From Candidatus Aenigmarchaeota archaeon ex4484_224 (GTDB lineage Archaea; Aenigmatarchaeota; Aenigmatarchaeia; CG10238-14; EX4484-224): 41,459 nt of DNA. The stretch spans positions 1 through 41,459 of the forward strand of contig NJEA01000001.1 in NCBI GenBank assembly GCA_002254545.1. The letters run 5' to 3'. The position numbers and the translations under genes are program-made. The notes under the pieces are model-generated. The model worked only from the letters and a program-made list of their open reading frames with translations. It made no database searches and was not told the DNA's origin. Below, piece after piece: positions 36,704 to 41,459 of the stretch. Position 1 is the stretch's first letter. Each line of letters starts with the position of its first letter.

Positions 36704-37093
36704 TTATCTCATTAAATACTCTTCATACTTTTTTAGTTTAGATACCCCTTTCTTCAATAACTTTCTAAAACTAGCAAATTCTTTTTTGTTTATATCATAT
36801 CTTCTTCTCTCATCTCTAGATATTCCTAAATCTAAACCCCATTCTGGTCTTTCTCCAATAACATCTACATCTTTATCAAACTTAATAACATTTCTTTGTA
36901 AATTATACTTTTCAAAATTAATAGGTCTATCAAAAACAGTTGATAAATAAATTTCATCATTCTTTTGATTATATTGGCAAACTATGTATATCTTTTCTTT
37001 ATTTTCCTCTACATAAGGAAAAATTATTGAAACTATCCCTCTCTCCTCATTTCTACAAATTTCTTCTTTACAAACATAAAGATACTTACTCAT
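36704..37093 (-). CDS. Hypothetical protein, possibly 5'-truncated
   Basis: 129-aa ORF; the frame stays open for 23 more codons, to 37162 at the leuS junction. Confidence 0.6.
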   Translation of the reverse strand: MSKYLYVCKEEICRNEERGIVSIIFPYVEENKEKIYIVCQYNQKNDEIYLSTVFDRPINFEKYNLQRNVIKFDKDVDVIGERPEWGLDLGISRDERRRYDINKKEFASFRKLLKKGVSKLKKYEEYLMR

Positions 37094-37166
37094 GAAAGCT
37101 AGAACCGTTACCTCAACTAACTTTCCAATATGTGTAATTCCATTAAAATGAGTAAAAGCTCCTCAT

Positions 37167-39854
37167 ATGGGCCATAGCTATTCAATTTATAGATTAGATT
37201 CTTTTGTTAGATTCAAAAGAATTTTAGGTTATAATGTTCTTTTTCCCCAAGCTTTTCATGCAACAGGAGAACCAATTTTAGGTCTAGTTGAAAGGTTAAG
37301 AAAAAATGATCCAATAATGATTAAAACAATGAAAGATTATGGAGCTAGCGATAAAGAAATTGAAAAAATGAAGAAAGATCCAAAATATGTAATAAAGTTT
37401 TGGACAAAAAGATGGATAAAAGATTTGAAATTAGCTGGTTTAGCAATAGATTGGAGAAGAACTTTTATAACAACTGATTTAAACAAAGCATACTCAAAAT
37501 TTGTTAAATGGCAATACAAAAAGTTAAAAAAACTTGGATATGTTTTTAAAGGAAGTTATCCGGTTGTTTGGTGCCCTCATTGCAAAAGTCCTACAAGCGA
37601 TCACGATAGATTAGAAGGAATTGGAGAAGAACCAATAGAATATACTTTAATTAAATTTAAATTGAAAAATTCTGATTTAATTTTGCCTTGCGGTACTTTA
37701 AGACCAGAAACAATTTTTGGAGTAACAAATCTTTGGATAAACCCAAATGAAGAATATTGGATTGCAAAAGTTGGAAATGAAAAATGGGTATTAAGTGAAA
37801 GAGCAATTATTAAACTTAAAGATCAACTTAAGCAAATTGAAAAAATTGAAAAAATTGATCCAGAATTTTTAATTGGAAAATTCGTAATTAATCCAACTAA
37901 TTTCAAAGAAGTTCCAATTTTGCCTTCAAGTTTTGTAGACCCAAATAACGCAACTGGTATAGTAATGAGTGTTCCTGCTCATGCTCCCTTTGATTGGATA
38001 GCTTTGAAAGAAGCTAAAGAAAATGGAATTTTGGATAAACTTGGAATTGAAGAAATCAAACCAATTTCTATAATTAAAATAGAAGGGTTTGGTGAATTTC
38101 CAGCAATCGAAATTTGTGAAAAATTTGGAATTAATAGTTTAAAACAAAAAGAAGAACTTGAAAAAGCAACAAAAGAAATTTATAAAAAAGAATTTCATTT
38201 GGGAATTTTGAAAGAAAATTGTGGAAAATTTGCTGGCAAAAAAGTTTCTGAAATAAAAGAAGAATTAATTGAAGAAATTAAACAAAAAGGAATTGCAGAT
38301 TCTATGTATGAATTAACTGGAAAAGTTGTTTGTAGATGTGGAACTGAATGTCATGTAAAAATTTTGGAAAATCAATGGTTTTTGAAATATAGCGATGAAA
38401 AATGGAAAGAAATTGCTAGAAAAGCTTTGGAAAAAATGAAAATAATTCCTGAAGAAGCAAGATCTAATTTTGAAAATACAATTGATTGGTTAAAAGATAA
38501 GCCATGCACAAGAAAAACTGGTTTAGGAACAAAGTTTCCATGGGATAAGGAATGGATTATTGAACCATTAAGCGATTCTACAATTTATATGGCTTACTAT
38601 ATAATTGCAAAATTTATTAATCAGAAAAAAATTAAAGCTAAGAATTTAAATGATAAGTTTTTTGATTACGTTTTTCTTGGAAAAGGAAATTTGGAAGAAG
38701 TTGCAAGAAAATCAAAATTAGATAAAGAAATAATTGAAGAAATTAAAAAAGAATTTGATTATTTTTATCCAGTTGATTTAAGAAGTTCTGGTAAAGATTT
38801 GATTCAAAATCATTTAACTTTTTTCATTTTCCATCATGTAGCAATTTGGGAGGATATGCCAGAAAAATGGCCTAAAGCAATTGCTGTAAATGGATTTGTA
38901 AATGTTGAAGGAGAAAAAATGAGTAAAAGTAAAGGAAATATTAGAAGTTTAAGAGAGTTAATTGAAACTTATGGTTCTGATATTGTAAGATTAAATTTAA
39001 TTTCTGGAGCTGAAGGTTTAGATGATACTAATTGGAAAGAAGTTAATGTTGAAAGTTTAAAAGAAAGAATTGAATTTTTCTGGAAAACAATTAAACAAAT
39101 TTTGAAAGCAAAAAGAGAAGAAAAGAAAAATATTGATTTATTTTTAGAAGAAAAAATTAAAAGAGCTTCAATTTTAGCAAAAGAATTTTATGAAGAATTA
39201 AAATTTAGATCTGCTACTCAATTGTTAATTTATGATTTTTTCAATGATTTGAAATGGTATCTTGAGAGAAATGGAAAAATATCAAAAGCTAATAAAGAAG
39301 TTTTGAAAGAAGTTTTTGAAATTTGGTCTAGATTAGTATATCCATTAATTCCTCATTTGGCTGAAGAATTTTGGCATTTGCTAACTCAAAAAGAATTTAT
39401 TGAAAAAGCTGGATATCCAGAATTTGAATCTTTTGATAAAATTCCAATTAAAAAAGAAGAATTTTTAAAACAAACAATTGAAGATATAAGAGAAATTTTG
39501 AAATTAGTTAAACAAAAACCTAAGAAAATTAAAATTTTTGTTGCTGAAGATTGGAAGTTTAAAATTTATAAAAAAGCTTTAGAATCAAAGAAAATTTCTG
39601 TTCAAGAAGCTTTTGAAATTGCTAATCAAAAAAATGAAGAAATTGTAAAATTTGTTCAATTTTTAAACAAGAAAATTTTTGAATTACCTAGCGATATACT
39701 TGAAAGAAATTATCAATTTGAAATTTTAGAAGAAGGTAAACAATTTTTGAAAAAACAATTTAATTGTAAAATTGAAATTTTAGATGCAAGCAAAAGCAAA
39801 GAAGAAAAAGCTAGAAAAGCAATGCCAAATAAGCCAGGAATTTTAATTGAATAA
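37167..39854 (+). CDS. leuS: Leucyl-tRNA synthetase (archaeal type), N-terminally truncated
   Basis: (APH)MGH, FHATG.PI, IDWRR.F.T, TLRPETIFGVTN, GIVMSVPAHAPFD, IEPLSDSTIYMAYY, GKDLIQNHL and KMSKSKGN. Homology starts at about 37158, just after an in-frame TGA at 37149-37151. Confidence 0.9.
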   Translation: MGHSYSIYRLDSFVRFKRILGYNVLFPQAFHATGEPILGLVERLRKNDPIMIKTMKDYGASDKEIEKMKKDPKYVIKFWTKRWIKDLKLAGLAIDWRRTFITTDLNKAYSKFVKWQYKKLKKLGYVFKGSYPVVWCPHCKSPTSDHDRLEGIGEEPIEYTLIKFKLKNSDLILPCGTLRPETIFGVTNLWINPNEEYWIAKVGNEKWVLSERAIIKLKDQLKQIEKIEKIDPEFLIGKFVINPTNFKEVPILPSSFVDPNNATGIVMSVPAHAPFDWIALKEAKENGILDKLGIEEIKPISIIKIEGFGEFPAIEICEKFGINSLKQKEELEKATKEIYKKEFHLGILKENCGKFAGKKVSEIKEELIEEIKQKGIADSMYELTGKVVCRCGTECHVKILENQWFLKYSDEKWKEIARKALEKMKIIPEEARSNFENTIDWLKDKPCTRKTGLGTKFPWDKEWIIEPLSDSTIYMAYYIIAKFINQKKIKAKNLNDKFFDYVFLGKGNLEEVARKSKLDKEIIEEIKKEFDYFYPVDLRSSGKDLIQNHLTFFIFHHVAIWEDMPEKWPKAIAVNGFVNVEGEKMSKSKGNIRSLRELIETYGSDIVRLNLISGAEGLDDTNWKEVNVESLKERIEFFWKTIKQILKAKREEKKNIDLFLEEKIKRASILAKEFYEELKFRSATQLLIYDFFNDLKWYLERNGKISKANKEVLKEVFEIWSRLVYPLIPHLAEEFWHLLTQKEFIEKAGYPEFESFDKIPIKKEEFLKQTIEDIREILKLVKQKPKKIKIFVAEDWKFKIYKKALESKKISVQEAFEIANQKNEEIVKFVQFLNKKIFELPSDILERNYQFEILEEGKQFLKKQFNCKIEILDASKSKEEKARKAMPNKPGILIE

Positions 39855-39865
39855 AGTTTATTGTT

Positions 39866-40336
39866 TCAATTAAAAACATCGACTCCCTTGCTACTTAAAA
39901 CATAGCTTTCTTTGATTTTTTTCAAAACAATCAAAGTTTGTGTTTTATCAACTCCTTCAATTTCTCTAAGTTTTTCAGTTATCCATTTTCCCAAATCTTC
40001 AACATCTTTTCCAATAGCTTCTACCAAAATGTCCCATTGACCAGCAATTATATAAACTCTTTCAACAAAAGGCAATTTTGAAATTTCCTTTGCAACTTCC
40101 TCTTGACTTTTAGAATTTGATTTATAAGTTACTAACACAAAAGCTTTGACTGTATATCCAAGCTTTTTTTCATCTAATTCTAAACTATATTTTTTAATCA
40201 AACCTTCTTCCTCAAACTTCTTAATTTTTGTAAAAACAGTTGAAATTGGCATTCCAAGTTTTTTAGCTATTTCTTTCAAAGATATCCTTGAATTTTTTTG
40301 CAACAAAATTAAAATCTTTTCATCCTTTTCTTTCAT
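39866..40336 (-). CDS. Lrp/AsnC-family transcriptional regulator
   Basis: HTH (NSRISLKEIAKKLG...STVFTKIKKFEEEGLIKKY) plus a RAM domain (IAGQWDIL). Confidence 0.93.
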   Translation of the reverse strand: MKEKDEKILILLQKNSRISLKEIAKKLGMPISTVFTKIKKFEEEGLIKKYSLELDEKKLGYTVKAFVLVTYKSNSKSQEEVAKEISKLPFVERVYIIAGQWDILVEAIGKDVEDLGKWITEKLREIEGVDKTQTLIVLKKIKESYVLSSKGVDVFN

Positions 40337-40343
40337 AAAATTA

Positions 40344-40358
40344 TTGAAATATTTTCAA
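40344..40358. promoter_or_regulatory. Putative Lrp/FFRP operator TTGAAA-TAT-TTTCAA
   Basis: 6-3-6 inverted repeat with AT centre, just upstream of the Lrp gene start in the divergent region shared with asnA. Confidence 0.55.
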
Positions 40359-40446
40359 ATTTTTAAATCTTTCTATAAAAATTTTTGAATTTTTTACATA
40401 AAATTTTGCAAAATTTTTAATAAATTAAAAAACAATTCCAAAGCTT

Positions 40447-41382
40447 ATGAAAACCAAACAAATAATTTCATATATCCAAAGAAAAGATTGGGAAGATATA
40501 CTTAGAATTCAAACTACTTTGCTTAAGTCTATGCAACAATTCATGATTAGAAAAGGATTTGTCGAACTTATGCCAGTTATTACTTCAAAATTTACAGATC
40601 CATTGGGCCCTGATCCAGGATCTTCTGTTATTAAAACTCCTTCAATTGAATATTATGACCAAAAATTAGTTTTAACTCAAAGCATGATTTTACACAAGCA
40701 ATTAGCCATTTTGGCGTATCCAAAAATTTTCATTTTTTCACCAAACGTTAGATTGGAAAGAAGAGAAAGAAGAAAAACTGGAAAACATTTATTCGAATTT
40801 ACACAAATGGATTTTGAAATAGCTTATGCAAAAATGAAAAATGTTTTTAAACTAGTTGAAGATTTAGTTGTTTATACAATTAAACAAGTAAAAAAAGAAA
40901 GAAAAGAAGAGTTAAGAAGATTGGGAAGAAAGTTAAAAGTTCCTTCTAAGCCATTCAAAAAGTATACTACACATGAATTGGAAGAAAAATATGGAAAAGA
41001 GTGGGAAATTAAAGCTAGCAAAGACCATAAAGAACCTTTTTGGGCCATTTGTCATAAAAGAGAATTTTATGATAAAGAAGACCCTGAAAGACCTGGACAT
41101 TATCTAAACTATGATTTAATTTGGCCAGAAGGATTTGGAGAAGCTTTATCTGGAGGTGAAAGAGAATATCAATACCAAAGAATTGTTCAAAGAATTAAAA
41201 GAGATGGTTTACCAATTGAAAGATATAAAGAATATTTAGAAATTGCAAAGCTTGGAATTTTAAAACCAAGTGCAGGAGCTGGAATAGGAGTTGAAAGATT
41301 TTTAAGATTTCTAACAGGAAAAAAGCATGTTGGAGATATCCAATTATTTAGAAGAGTTCCGGGAGAAGAAGTAATTTTGTAA
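40447..41382 (+). CDS. asnA: Archaeal asparagine synthetase A (catalytic-domain-only AspRS/AsnRS paralogue)
   Basis: TDPL.PDP, LTQSMILHKQ, SPNVRLE, TGKHLFEFTQMDFE, SGGERE and AGAGIGVER; no anticodon-binding domain. Confidence 0.9.
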   Translation: MKTKQIISYIQRKDWEDILRIQTTLLKSMQQFMIRKGFVELMPVITSKFTDPLGPDPGSSVIKTPSIEYYDQKLVLTQSMILHKQLAILAYPKIFIFSPNVRLERRERRKTGKHLFEFTQMDFEIAYAKMKNVFKLVEDLVVYTIKQVKKERKEELRRLGRKLKVPSKPFKKYTTHELEEKYGKEWEIKASKDHKEPFWAICHKREFYDKEDPERPGHYLNYDLIWPEGFGEALSGGEREYQYQRIVQRIKRDGLPIERYKEYLEIAKLGILKPSAGAGIGVERFLRFLTGKKHVGDIQLFRRVPGEEVIL

Positions 41383-41459
41383 TTCTTATCTATTTTAAAA
41401 AGCTTGTTAAAATTTTCACTTAAACTTGTCTAAATTTCTAAGAAAAAGCTTCCACGCCG

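Noticed and set aside
36416..36950. Plus-strand ORFs 36416-36616 and 36594-36950
   Set aside because: They run through the tRNA, the structured RNA and the antisense of the 129-aa ORF, and show no protein-like features.
37092..37166. In-frame ATG at 37092 with a single TGA before leuS, suggesting stop-codon readthrough or recoding
   Set aside because: The upstream peptide MKARTVTSTNFPICVIPLK does not resemble a LeuRS N-terminus, and TGA acts as a normal stop in other genes here (aIF2-beta, rnhB).
36490..37166. Intact integrated element at tRNA-Asn
   Set aside because: No integrase and no duplicated tRNA 3' end found in the window.
3237..40388. Numerous 60-116 aa ORFs antisense to or nested within assigned genes
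   Set aside because: They are F/S/I/L-rich shadows of Lys/Glu-rich coding strands and carry no motifs.
41383..41459. Possible gene or RNA end at the right edge of the window
   Set aside because: Too little sequence to assign.

Overview
Very AT-rich, gene-dense archaeal chromosome segment. Evidence for Archaea: TBP, MCM, aIF2-beta, L44e, Dph2, prefoldin alpha, NurA and archaeal-type aminoacyl-tRNA synthetases. The tight packing, mostly leaderless genes and composition suggest a DPANN lineage, possibly Aenigmarchaeota-like; this is inference. Most of the window is housekeeping: about 49 CDS, one tRNA-Asn(GTT) and an MCM carrying two LAGLIDADG inteins. No CRISPR array, integrase or transposase is visible. 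The most unusual stretch is the ~650 bp after tRNA-Asn. It contains a GC-rich hairpin with the full architecture of an archaeal H/ACA guide RNA (K-loop, pocket, ANA box) and an orphan ORF, and it ends at a junction where leuS begins inside its HIGH motif, with its N-terminus missing. Other points of interest: a stand-alone Cas2/PaaX-like gene behind a perfect 16-bp palindrome; a divergent pair of a wHTH-PUR/PC4-like gene and a possible RdgC-like gene; an unannotated 40-aa membrane microprotein translationally coupled within the mcm operon; DNA-level homogenisation of the two TBP repeats; and a BpsA-like protein with altered motifs.
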